The notes under the pieces: generated by a model
Told to the model about the DNA's origin: nothing
Seen by the model: the letters and a program-made list of their open reading frames with translations, nothing else
The model's database searches: none
Shown here: positions 7,872 through 16,906 of the stretch, one piece after another
Numbering within the stretch: position 1 is the first letter of the stretch
How the letters are laid out: each line of letters begins with the position of its first letter
From: Chlamydiota bacterium
GTDB lineage: Bacteria > Chlamydiota > Chlamydiia > Chlamydiales > SM23-39
Length of the DNA: 17,124 nucleotides
Reading direction: 5' to 3'
Assembly: GCA_039179045.1 (NCBI GenBank)
Contig: JBCDEZ010000034.1
Span: forward strand, 1 to 17,124
Position numbers and translations under genes: made by a program

Positions 7872-8303
7872 TCATTTGCTAGCACCTACCACAAAGTTGG
7901 AGATGTCACAGATCAAACTACCACTTGGTTCTTGGAGTATAGTAGCTCCAAAATCGATAGGCAACAATAACAGAGGAGTGAATGTCATGAAAAGCGCCCT
8001 TATAGCCATTCCTAGGATATGTTCAGGGGGACCAGATAAATCATCCAGTAACCAACTGCGGATTTTATATCCCATGACTCCGAAGTAACCGAAAATCAAC
8101 GCTGTTTGTATGTATCGAATTACGGGGAATATCTCGCGCAGAACCGTATTTACCACATGAAATGCGACAAGAATTAGATTGTGAATAGAGGCTGAAGGGA
8201 TATCATTACAATCGGTTGTTTCGGTAAAAAAGTAACCAAATTGCATCAATGGACTTCTTGAAATAAGAGGATTGCGTATATTGCGTATATTGTCTACGTT
8301 CAT
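7872..8303 (-). CDS. Hypothetical hydrophobic protein (143 aa); candidate Inc-like membrane or secreted protein
   Basis: ATG-started ORF, the longest in its spacer, preceded by an AT-rich upstream region. Has a polar N-terminus and two to three hydrophobic stretches (LILVAFHVV..., TALIFGYFGVMG, ILGMAIRALFMTFTPLLLLPIDFGATIL). No family recognised. Confidence 0.6.
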   Translation of the reverse strand: MNVDNIRNIRNPLISRSPLMQFGYFFTETTDCNDIPSASIHNLILVAFHVVNTVLREIFPVIRYIQTALIFGYFGVMGYKIRSWLLDDLSGPPEHILGMAIRALFMTFTPLLLLPIDFGATILQEPSGSLICDISNFVVGASK

Positions 8304-8831
8304 GCGAGTTTCAAATTTTTTATTTAAAAATAGATTGTTATCTTGTACTACTTGTGCGCTTGTTTATTTAAATTTTTTAGGAAAGCAATCGTAAAAAATT
8401 TTACCGAACCAATACGGATACTTACTAAAATTACTAACAAAGAATTCTACTTTATCTTGCACATTAAAACAAAGCATAAATGCATCGGCGAACAGATCGT
8501 ATGTGCATTTTCTTGTAAAAAATTCCTCCTAGTTCGTTTTATTAGCCCCCCCCTTTAGAAACTTTCTTTTTTCTTTAAGATGCAGTAATATAAAAAATGA
8601 AATTTAAAGAAATATAACTACGAATCCAAAACATGGCCCAATCTTATGAAAATGGAGAGCTCCTTACAGGAGATTGTCGAGCGGGGTCCTCTGAGAATTT
8701 TGTAAGTAGTCCAATCTTGCATCGCGCTTTTTCTACCTCTTTGCGCACCACTTAGAAAGAGCTAAAAGAACCTGATCCCCGTTTCACCCATGGTTTCTTA
8801 CAAAGTACTAAAGAACTCCGCTTTTCGCCAT

Positions 8832-9890
8832 TCAGTGGGTTGTCGTAATCTGGTCGACGAGAATCTCCATCACTTGTTCGAAATCAGATTCCTTGTTACT
8901 GCAAGCGATCACCAGCAAGCGGCTTTCGAGAAAAAACCCAAAAAAAGTGGCGTAGCTGTCCAAACTACCCTGGTGCCCCACGAAAGGTCCCGAGCAAGTA
9001 TCCACTGTCCCGAAGCCTAAATTGATGATCTCTCCGTCAGCATCTCGTCCATAATCTTTTAGCATCAGATCTACAATCTCTCGAGGAGCTTCATCGAGAA
9101 GGTAATGTGCCCATCTCTTGAGATCTGCAACAGTAGAGATCACGTTACCTGCTCCAAGCGCATTGCTCATGTCCAGGCATACTATTGGGTCGCGATCAGG
9201 TGCCAATCTAGAGAATCTAGCTTGCTGCTGGAAAGCAAAGTAATTGCCTGCAATAGGTGCAAAAGAAGAGCGCATCCGCGCAGGCGTTTGAATGAGTCTC
9301 GCAAAAACTAGATCGAATGACTCTCCTTGCATTTCTTCGATCAACTTTCCCAAAAGAAGATAATTAGAATTTGAGTAGAGCTCTTTTTTTGCCCTATCAA
9401 AGGATATTGACTGCAAAAGGGTGACTGGATCCATGGGATGGTTCCAGCCTTTTGCCAGGGCAAATTCATCACCATACGCTTCTAGGTAATTTGACAAACC
9501 AGATCTATGGGTCAATAAATCGAGAAGCGTGATCTCATTGATCCAACTTTTTCCGAGTTTTTTTAGGAAAGGTGATTTTGGAAACAATTGGGGCAAGGGC
9601 ACTTGGAGTAACTTTTCCCATTCCTCTTGAGGATACACTTCGCGTAGAGTCATGAGGAGCATGTACGCAGTCATGTTCGTTGAAATAGCGCCGATATAAA
9701 ATTGTGTGTTTTCATCGACACCGGGCGTCGCGTAGACAAAATCTACAGAATCAGACACTGATACAATGGAATCTCCCTCTAAAGTTTCTTCTAGGGGGGC
9801 TAAATATTTTTGCCATTCGGGAGAGCTGCATGGAACAGAAGCAAATACAGTAGTGCAGGTAAAAAGTGCTGTAAAACATAAATTGCGCAA
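8832..9890 (-). CDS. Secreted beta-lactamase/PBP-like (AmpC/serine hydrolase) fold protein with a degenerate catalytic motif
   Basis: Signal peptide MRNLCFTALFTCTTVFA; TTG start with AAGAAAGG 8 nt upstream. Family motifs ITLLDLLTHRSGL, YSNSNYLLLG, GAGNVISTVADL and GHQG are present. The SxxK position reads FYIG-AIST. Confidence 0.88.
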   Translation of the reverse strand: MRNLCFTALFTCTTVFASVPCSSPEWQKYLAPLEETLEGDSIVSVSDSVDFVYATPGVDENTQFYIGAISTNMTAYMLLMTLREVYPQEEWEKLLQVPLPQLFPKSPFLKKLGKSWINEITLLDLLTHRSGLSNYLEAYGDEFALAKGWNHPMDPVTLLQSISFDRAKKELYSNSNYLLLGKLIEEMQGESFDLVFARLIQTPARMRSSFAPIAGNYFAFQQQARFSRLAPDRDPIVCLDMSNALGAGNVISTVADLKRWAHYLLDEAPREIVDLMLKDYGRDADGEIINLGFGTVDTCSGPFVGHQGSLDSYATFFGFFLESRLLVIACSNKESDFEQVMEILVDQITTTH

Positions 9891-9967
9891 AACGTAGACC
9901 TTTCTTATTTTTTAGACATTTTAGTATGCCGAATGGGGTATAAGGAATACAATAATTATCTAAGTTT

Positions 9968-10221
9968 CGGGGGTTCAGCCATCAAAAACTGGCCCCCTTC
10001 AGGCAACATATTGCGTGATGGTTTTTTAGGCTAGCGGATGCACGTAGCATATCTGTTTTCGTCACCTCTACCTACAAATGAAGCTACACGTACCATTTTT
10101 TGATTTTTTCTGGGCTGACCCTGTGTTTTTGAAATGACCGTTTTACATCAGGTATAGATCGTTTGGGGGTGATTTTTTCCCTATTCTACTCTTTATTTAA
10201 ATTCATTAAACCCGAACCCCG
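9968..10221. repeat. Dispersed non-coding repeat, copy B (possibly a complete MITE-like element)
   Basis: 9966-10165 is the inverted homolog of 3-200. The extended unit is bounded by GGGGTTC (9970-9976) and GAACCCC (10214-10220). No target-site duplication is evident. Confidence 0.8.
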
Positions 10222-10313
10222 GGTCAATTGTGCTTTTCGGCCACAATTTCTCGCAACAGCCTTTCGCTCTTTGCCTCTCATGATCCCTTTCCTCTATTTA
10301 CCAAGAAAGATTC

Positions 10314-10342
10314 TTGAGTAATCCTGTTCAACGCTTTACCCT
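10314..10342 (+). promoter_or_regulatory. Putative sigma70/sigma66-type promoter for uvrA
   Basis: TTGAGT (10314-10319), a 17-nt spacer, then TACCCT (10337-10342), ending 8 nt before the ATG. Confidence 0.3.
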
Positions 10343-10350
10343 AGATAGGC

Positions 10351-13300
10351 ATGGATATAGAAGAGAAGAAACTTGTCTTAAAAAATGTGCGGGTACACAA
10401 CCTCAAAAATGTGAGCATCACACTACCGAAAGAAGAGTTGATCGTGTTTACCGGAGTATCGGGTTCGGGGAAATCCTCTCTCGCTTTCGACACGATCTAT
10501 GTGGAGGGGCAAAGAAGATTCCTTGCCTCATTGTCCCATACCTCCAGAAGAGCTTTAGGAGGATGTGCCAAACCGGAGATCGAGCAGGTGTCGGGCATTT
10601 CCCCTACCATTGCCATCGAGCAGAAAATAGCGGGCCGTTCTCCCCGATCTACAGTGGGCACCATGACTGGGATTTACGACCACCTGCGAGTTTTGTTTGC
10701 AAGAATTGGCAAGCCCCACTGTCCGGTAAGTGGAGAGCCTGTAGGTGCTTTGAGCCGTGAAAAGATCATCCGATTCGTGCAAGAGATCGAAGAGGGAACG
10801 GTTTTTTATATCCTCTACTCATTTGCTCGCAAAAAAAAGGGGGAATTTCGAGAAGAACTCCAAGAGCTGATGCAAAAAGGATACACGCGAGTCCGCATCG
10901 ATCAAGCCTTTTTTACAATTGACAGTACCCTTTCTTTGGACGGAAAAGTGGCCCACGATATCGATGTAGTAGTCGATCGAATCAAGAATTCTCCTAGCGA
11001 AGCTTCTCGCACCAAAGAATCTGTAATAGAGGCATTAGATAGAGGAGCGGGCATGTGCCTGATCTATTTCCCGGAAAAAGACGAGGCCATTGTCTATTCT
11101 GAGACAGCTTACTCAAAGACCTCAGGAATTTCTTATCCTGCTCTCGAGCCGATCGACTTTTCTTTCAACCATCCAAGGGGGATGTGTGCATCTTGTCAAG
11201 GGCTCGGTCAGTGCCAAGAGTTTTCCCTGGAAAAAATCATTGTGCCTCATCTTTCGATCGCAGAAGGATGCTGCCTTGTGGGAGGAAGCTACCAGACAGT
11301 CCGCTACCGAAACATCTATGAAAACTTGGCTCATATCTACAAATTTTCGGTACACACCCCCTGGAACGAGCTGAGTAAAAAAGCGCAGAAAGTCTTTTTG
11401 TACGGCACGGAAAAAAAATGGACCGAAATGCTTTTTGTGCATCCAGAAAAAGGAACCCAGTGGGTCGAATATGTGCATTGGAAAGGCGTTTTATCCGATG
11501 CAAGAGAACGTCTATTGCAGGCAAGCTCAGAGCGCTACCGGAAAAAAATGCAGAATTTTCTCCAGCAAGCGATCTGCCCATACTGCCAAGGAGAGCGGCT
11601 ACAACCCTATCCAAGAGCCTGCCTCTTGGGAGAAAAAAGCATCGGAGAGCTTACGAAACTCTCTTTGCAAGACCTCTCCTCTTTTCTCACCCATCTCAAA
11701 CTAGACGCAACCGACCAGCAAATCGCAGAGGAAATTCTCAAAGAGCTGGAAAGAAGAGTTGCTTTTTTGATCCAGGTGGGACTGCAGTACCTCTCTTTAG
11801 ATCGGATTTCCCCTACCCTTTCAGGAGGAGAGTCACAGCGAGTACGCCTTGCCTCTCAGATCGGATCGGGGCTCGTAGGTGCTATCTACGTTCTCGACGA
11901 GCCCTCGATCGGCCTACACCCCGAAGATCACACAAAACTGATCAAAACTCTGCACCGTCTGCGCGACTTGGGCAACACGGTGATTGTAGTGGAGCACGAC
12001 CCCGACACGATTGCAGCTGCCGACACGATTGTAGATATGGGGCCTTTGGGAGGCGCAGCCGGAGGGGAGATCCTGGTACAGGGGACCTTAGAAGACCTCT
12101 GCCGAGAGGAGCGATCCCTGACCGGTAGCTACCTTGCAGGAAGAAAAAACCTCCCCTTTGCGAAAACAAAAAGGACGCTATCTCCCGGCATGGTAATTGA
12201 AAAAGCCAGCCACCACAACTTGCAAGAGATCACCGTGGCCATCCCTCTAAAAGGCCTTGTCTGCGTCACGGGAGTATCAGGATCGGGAAAATCTTCGCTT
12301 GTCTCAGGTATTTTGTACCCAGCTCTTGCCAATCACTTCCACGGAGCAAAGTTGCCTGTAGGCCAGCATCAAACAATCCTAGGACTGGAAAAAATCGACA
12401 AAGTCATCCATATCGATCAGTCTCCCATAGGGAGGACTCCGCGGTCGAATCCAGCGACCTATATCCAAGCCTTCTCACCGATACGGGACCTCTACGCATC
12501 GCTACCTGAAAGCCAACTTCGGGGATTGAACAAGGGGCATTTTAGCTTCAACGTCGCAGAAGGCTCTTGCTCCATGTGCCAGGGAGTCGGGCAGATCGAG
12601 CTGAATATGGACTTTATGGACAATATCTGGATCCCTTGTACTGCCTGCAAACAGAAGAGATTCACTCCCGACGTGCTTTCCGTCAAATACGGGGGGAAAA
12701 GTATCTACGAAGTACTAGAAATGCGCGTTACTGAAGCAAGAGAACACTTCCAAAACGTACCCAATATCGAAAAGAGGCTCGCCCTTTTAGAAAAGGTAGG
12801 TCTGGGATACATGAAGCTTGGACAGAGCTCTCCTACTCTTTCTGGAGGAGAAGCCCAGAGAATCAAATTGGCCAGAGAGCTGGTGCGCCCCGGCACAGGC
12901 CAAACTCTTTATATCCTCGATGAACCGACAACAGGCTTGCACTTACACGACCTTTCCCACTTGCTCTACGTGCTCCACACTCTCGTCGATCAGGGCAATA
13001 CCGTGCTTGTTATTGAGCACAATATCGACTTCATCAAAACAGCAGATTGGATCATCGATTTAGGACCCAAAGCAGGAGAAGAAGGAGGACGTCTCATGGG
13101 AGAAGGTAGTGTAGCTGAGATCCAACAGCTCGATACTCCCACAGGAAGAGCTCTAAAAGAACGGAAGATCGAACCTCCTACTCGCAAAGAAAAGCCCGTC
13201 TGTTCACGCTCTCTTTGCGTGAAAACTGCAGAGCAAAACAATTTGAAAGGAGTCGACCTTGAACTGGAGCTTGGAACCATCACGGCTTTCAGCGGGCCTT

Positions 13301-15945
13301 CAGGTTCGGGCAAGAGTTCTCTTGCTTTTGATACCATTTACGCTGAGGGGCAAAGGCGGTACATCGAATCTTTGAGTACCTACGCGAAAAGTTTTTTGCA
13401 GACCCCGGAAAAACCGAAGGTAGGGCAGATTACCAATTTACTCCCCTCCATTGCGATTGAGCAGACGCAGTCTGCTGTCAACCCTCGGTCTACGATCGGA
13501 ACACTGACAGAAATTTATGACCTTCTCCGCGTCTTTTTCGCACACATGGGCACAGCCTACTCCCCGGAAACAGGGGAGAAGATCACAATGGTTGATCGAG
13601 ACTGGGTCGCACAGCAAATCTTAGACAACCATCCAGAAGAAAAACTTCATATCCTCTCCCCCTTGCGACCTACCCGCTCTGAGGATTTTTCCCATTTCTT
13701 AGCCAGACTAGAACGGGAGGGCTTTCTTCGTATCCGACTCGATGGAGTCTATTATGAGGTGGGAGACGATATCCCCTACCTTCCTCAAAAACATCAGGAG
13801 CTATTCGTAGTTGTCGATCGCCTGATGGCAAGAAAAAAGGAAAAACTACGCCTTTTTGAAGCAATCGGGAAAGCAGCTACTCTTGGTGACAATGTCTTTA
13901 CGATAGCAGCAAAAGAGGATCTTTTTTTCAACCTCGCCTTTTCTGATCCCACAACAGGCAAGTCGTATCCAAAAATCACACCTCAGACATTTTCTTTCAA
14001 TGCGCAAGAAGGCATGTGCCCTGACTGCCAAGGTATTGGCTCTGTATACGGCTGCAGCATGGAAAATATGTTCGATTGTTCCATCGGGGACCTTTTTGTC
14101 GACATGCTAGCATTAGATGAGGATTCAAGGCTTCTGCTCGAAGACTACTTTTCTTCTCTCAACATACCTACATACATCCCCTTAGAAGAGCTAACAAAAA
14201 AGCAGCGAGACATTTTTTTACGGGGAAGCTCGAAGCGCTATACGATTCGTGGAGGCGCTATTTACTGGAAGGGGCTCGAGACCATGCTTGCTTTCGGAGC
14301 GAAGTACGCGTCTAGATCCGTGCGGGAGCGTCTCGCGCCTTGGATGCACTCGCTTACCTGCCCCTCTTGCAAAGGCACCAGATTGCAGCCTCTTGCGCGC
14401 CATGTGCGTGTATCGAGCATCACTCTTCCTGAGTTTTGCGCTTTGTCGATTGATGAATCGCTCGCGTTTCTGGGAAAGATCGAACGGGAGATTCCCCCAT
14501 TTTTGCAAGATTCTTTTGCAGATATGCGAGCAAAGTTTTCCTTCTTGCAAGAAATTGGCCTCGGATACCTCTCCCTCAATCGTACAGATCCTTCCCTGTC
14601 GGGAGGAGAGCTCCAACGAATCCGACTAGCGAGGCAGCTAGGCTCAGGACTTACCTCTTGTTTATACGTTCTCGATGAACCGACAACAGGGCTACACCCC
14701 CACAACAACTTGCTCCTCAATCAAGCCTTGCAAAAGCTGCAAAAATTGGGAAACACGCTTCTTGTTGTGGAGCATGACCCGATGACCCTGCAGATCGCAG
14801 ACACCATTGTCGACTTTGGGCCGGGCGCGGGATACCAGGGAGGCACGATCACGGCGAAAGGCACACTCGAAGAGATCAAAAACAATCCCGCATCTTTAAC
14901 GGGAGCTTATCTTAGTGGAAGAAAACAAATCCAGATTCCTCCCAAACGGAAGGAACTTGTGCCTACGATCCAAATCGAAAAAGCGCGGGTGCACAATTTG
15001 CAAAATATCTCCTTCACCCTGCCGAAACATGCGTTCATCTGCATCACAGGAGTATCAGGTTCGGGCAAGACTTCCCTGATGGAACACGTCTTGCAGCCAG
15101 CTATTTTGCGCGCTCTAAGGGAAAAAAAGGATCGCATCTCGACTCCAGAGTATACCGTATCGGGCTTGTCTGCCTTCGATAAGGTAATCGTAGTGCACCA
15201 AGCTCTTACCAAAGTGGCTGCGAAATCGGACGTCGCGTCGTATAGCGATGCCTTGACTCCTCTCCGCTCTTTTTATGCCTCCTTGCAACAGGCCTCCCTG
15301 CGCGGGCTTCTCCCCGTGCACTTCAGCTACCACCACAAAAGGGGGATGTGCAAAACCTGCTACGGGCTGGGCTACCGGGAAGTGGATCTACAATTTCTTC
15401 CCTCGGTGCGGATTCTTTGCGAGAGTTGTGCGGGTCACAAACTCGGTCCCAAAGCATTGGAGGTCTCGTATAAAGGGAAACACTTAGGGGACGTTTTGCA
15501 GATGAGCATTGACGAGGCAGCGCTCCTTTTCGCCGATATTCCGAAAGTTTGCAAGAAGTTAGATACTTTGCAAAAAGTAGGCCTAGGTTACCTGCTTTTA
15601 GGGCAGAAGATCCAAGAACTGTCCGGAGGAGAGAAGGGAAGAATACGCCTTGCAAAAGAGCTAACCAAGCGCTCTACGGGAAAAACATTGTATCTTGTCG
15701 ATGAGCCAACTACAGGACTGCATCTCGACGATTTGCAGAAACTGCTCACAATTTTTCAAGAACTCGTAGACAAAAAAAACACGCTGATTGCGATTGAGCA
15801 CACCCTTGATTTTATACGCGCCGCCGACTACATTGTGGATATGGGGCCCGGTGCGGGAAAAAAAGGAGGCCGTGTCGTTGCTACAGGCACGCCTGAACAA
15901 ATCACCCGATCTACCAAATCCCTAACTGGAAAATACTTACGTTAG
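10351..15945 (+). CDS. uvrA: Excinuclease ABC subunit A, tandem-duplicated (double-length, four ABC ATPase domains) chlamydial type
   Basis: Two complete UvrA units joined near nt 13160-13210. Four Walker A motifs (GVSGSGKSS, GVSGSGKSS, GPSGSGKSS, GVSGSGKTS), four LSGGE signatures, four DEP Walker B motifs, SSLAFDTIY.EGQRR twice, and CxxC zinc pairs. Confidence 0.98.
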   Translation: MDIEEKKLVLKNVRVHNLKNVSITLPKEELIVFTGVSGSGKSSLAFDTIYVEGQRRFLASLSHTSRRALGGCAKPEIEQVSGISPTIAIEQKIAGRSPRSTVGTMTGIYDHLRVLFARIGKPHCPVSGEPVGALSREKIIRFVQEIEEGTVFYILYSFARKKKGEFREELQELMQKGYTRVRIDQAFFTIDSTLSLDGKVAHDIDVVVDRIKNSPSEASRTKESVIEALDRGAGMCLIYFPEKDEAIVYSETAYSKTSGISYPALEPIDFSFNHPRGMCASCQGLGQCQEFSLEKIIVPHLSIAEGCCLVGGSYQTVRYRNIYENLAHIYKFSVHTPWNELSKKAQKVFLYGTEKKWTEMLFVHPEKGTQWVEYVHWKGVLSDARERLLQASSERYRKKMQNFLQQAICPYCQGERLQPYPRACLLGEKSIGELTKLSLQDLSSFLTHLKLDATDQQIAEEILKELERRVAFLIQVGLQYLSLDRISPTLSGGESQRVRLASQIGSGLVGAIYVLDEPSIGLHPEDHTKLIKTLHRLRDLGNTVIVVEHDPDTIAAADTIVDMGPLGGAAGGEILVQGTLEDLCREERSLTGSYLAGRKNLPFAKTKRTLSPGMVIEKASHHNLQEITVAIPLKGLVCVTGVSGSGKSSLVSGILYPALANHFHGAKLPVGQHQTILGLEKIDKVIHIDQSPIGRTPRSNPATYIQAFSPIRDLYASLPESQLRGLNKGHFSFNVAEGSCSMCQGVGQIELNMDFMDNIWIPCTACKQKRFTPDVLSVKYGGKSIYEVLEMRVTEAREHFQNVPNIEKRLALLEKVGLGYMKLGQSSPTLSGGEAQRIKLARELVRPGTGQTLYILDEPTTGLHLHDLSHLLYVLHTLVDQGNTVLVIEHNIDFIKTADWIIDLGPKAGEEGGRLMGEGSVAEIQQLDTPTGRALKERKIEPPTRKEKPVCSRSLCVKTAEQNNLKGVDLELELGTITAFSGPSGSGKSSLAFDTIYAEGQRRYIESLSTYAKSFLQTPEKPKVGQITNLLPSIAIEQTQSAVNPRSTIGTLTEIYDLLRVFFAHMGTAYSPETGEKITMVDRDWVAQQILDNHPEEKLHILSPLRPTRSEDFSHFLARLEREGFLRIRLDGVYYEVGDDIPYLPQKHQELFVVVDRLMARKKEKLRLFEAIGKAATLGDNVFTIAAKEDLFFNLAFSDPTTGKSYPKITPQTFSFNAQEGMCPDCQGIGSVYGCSMENMFDCSIGDLFVDMLALDEDSRLLLEDYFSSLNIPTYIPLEELTKKQRDIFLRGSSKRYTIRGGAIYWKGLETMLAFGAKYASRSVRERLAPWMHSLTCPSCKGTRLQPLARHVRVSSITLPEFCALSIDESLAFLGKIEREIPPFLQDSFADMRAKFSFLQEIGLGYLSLNRTDPSLSGGELQRIRLARQLGSGLTSCLYVLDEPTTGLHPHNNLLLNQALQKLQKLGNTLLVVEHDPMTLQIADTIVDFGPGAGYQGGTITAKGTLEEIKNNPASLTGAYLSGRKQIQIPPKRKELVPTIQIEKARVHNLQNISFTLPKHAFICITGVSGSGKTSLMEHVLQPAILRALREKKDRISTPEYTVSGLSAFDKVIVVHQALTKVAAKSDVASYSDALTPLRSFYASLQQASLRGLLPVHFSYHHKRGMCKTCYGLGYREVDLQFLPSVRILCESCAGHKLGPKALEVSYKGKHLGDVLQMSIDEAALLFADIPKVCKKLDTLQKVGLGYLLLGQKIQELSGGEKGRIRLAKELTKRSTGKTLYLVDEPTTGLHLDDLQKLLTIFQELVDKKNTLIAIEHTLDFIRAADYIVDMGPGAGKKGGRVVATGTPEQITRSTKSLTGKYLR

Positions 15946-15955
15946 GCATTCGAGT

Positions 15956-16330
15956 ATGCACAGATACAAAACTTCGCGCAGAAAAGCGCACGCAATGGCT
16001 TTTGCCGTATTCCTTGTAGGAGTCGGACTGCTCTTCATTTTGCGCAGCTGGTGGCCAGGAATCGCTCTGGTAGTCGGGCTTTCGCTGGCCGTACGCCAGT
16101 ACCTCCTTGCCAGCTACTTTGCTATGGGAATGTCTCTTTTCATCTTCACTGGGATTTTTGTAACAGAACAGTTTCATTTCTCTTCTCCTTGGTACATGCC
16201 CCTATTTCTGATTATAGGAGGTCTCTATGTCTTTTTCCGGGAGTTTTTTGGAGGATCGAGCGTGACGGAGTCGGAAAGCGAAGAGGACTTAAATCATGAA
16301 ATCGAAGAGAACCGAGAAGATCGCCCGTAG
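15956..16330 (+). CDS. Small integral membrane protein (about 4 TM helices, acidic C-terminal tail), function unknown
   Basis: Starts 10 nt after the uvrA stop. Basic N-terminus, four hydrophobic segments (WWPG and MPLFLIIGGLY patterns reminiscent of LiaF/LiaI-like TM domains) and a Glu-rich tail. Confidence 0.8.
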   Translation: MHRYKTSRRKAHAMAFAVFLVGVGLLFILRSWWPGIALVVGLSLAVRQYLLASYFAMGMSLFIFTGIFVTEQFHFSSPWYMPLFLIIGGLYVFFREFFGGSSVTESESEEDLNHEIEENREDRP

Positions 16331-16461
16331 TCAGGAAAAGTTGCGAACAGATCCAAACAAATCACCAATGCGCCTTCTGTGATAACATTCCATATTTGTT
16401 TGCGCCAATCGACAAAAAAAACCTCTATCGCCAATGCAAAACCACAGAAATAGAAATAGCC

Positions 16462-16818
16462 TTAAAATAACTTTCCGCCAATTTTTGCACTAGCCAAAGG
16501 AGAGACAATCGAAGCTTCCCCACTTGCCGCCTTTGGATACTGTACCCCTAAAACAAGAACCTCTGAAACAGTGTCGCCCATATTTCGCGGTGCAAAGTTC
16601 AAAACGGCAATTACGGACTGACCGATCAGCTCATCTATAGCATGCTGTGTGAATCTCCCAACACTTGTTTTTATCCCAAAGCGACCAAAATCAAGTCTCA
16701 TTTTGTACGCTTTTTTAGGTGCCAAGACTTCTTCTATACCGATCACTCTCCCAATACGAATATCCAAACGGTCGAAAGTCTCCTCCTTGGTGACGGTATC
16801 TTTGATCTCTTTTTTCAT
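16462..16818 (-). CDS. csaA: CsaA/Trbp111-like OB-fold tRNA-binding / secretion chaperone protein
   Basis: FDRLDIRIGRV, KAYKMRLDFG..GIKTS, AVLNFAPRNMG..VSEVLVLG and a C-terminal GGKLF. GGAGG Shine-Dalgarno at 16822-16826 on the minus strand. Confidence 0.85.
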   Translation of the reverse strand: MKKEIKDTVTKEETFDRLDIRIGRVIGIEEVLAPKKAYKMRLDFGRFGIKTSVGRFTQHAIDELIGQSVIAVLNFAPRNMGDTVSEVLVLGVQYPKAASGEASIVSPLASAKIGGKLF

Positions 16819-16873
16819 ATTCCTCCAAAAATCCTTGCAAAAAATTGGCTACAGGAAAATCGTCCACATCTAT

Positions 16874-16906
16874 CAATTTTAGTGAAAGTATCCTACACTA
16901 AAAATG
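16874..16906. promoter_or_regulatory. Spaced inverted repeat upstream of csaA, possible operator
   Basis: CAATTTTAGTG-N11-CACTAAAAATG (10/11 complementary, with a perfect 8-bp core TTTTAGTG/CACTAAAA). Confidence 0.3.

Noticed and set aside
8633..8755. 40-codon ORF, and gapped similarity of 8635-8710 to 7400-7465
   Set aside because: The alignment needs several gaps, and the ORF is short with no recognisable features.
7548..9942. TATACCCATT (7548) and AATGGGGTATA (9932) as inverted ends flanking the islet
   Set aside because: Only ~10 bp, imperfect and with no target duplication; compatible with chance.
12003..12031. CGACACGATTG direct repeat and recurring GGAGTATC.GG.TCGGG words in uvrA
   Set aside because: Explained by the protein sequence (DTI..DTI and the repeated Walker A motifs).
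11418..12128. 236-aa alternative-frame ORF inside uvrA, and other short overlapping ORFs in the track
   Set aside because: Arg-rich off-frame translation wholly inside an intact uvrA, with no independent coding evidence.
16874..16906. CIRCE (HrcA operator) upstream of the csaA chaperone gene
   Set aside because: Does not match TTAGCACTC-N9-GAGTGCTAA in arm sequence or spacing.
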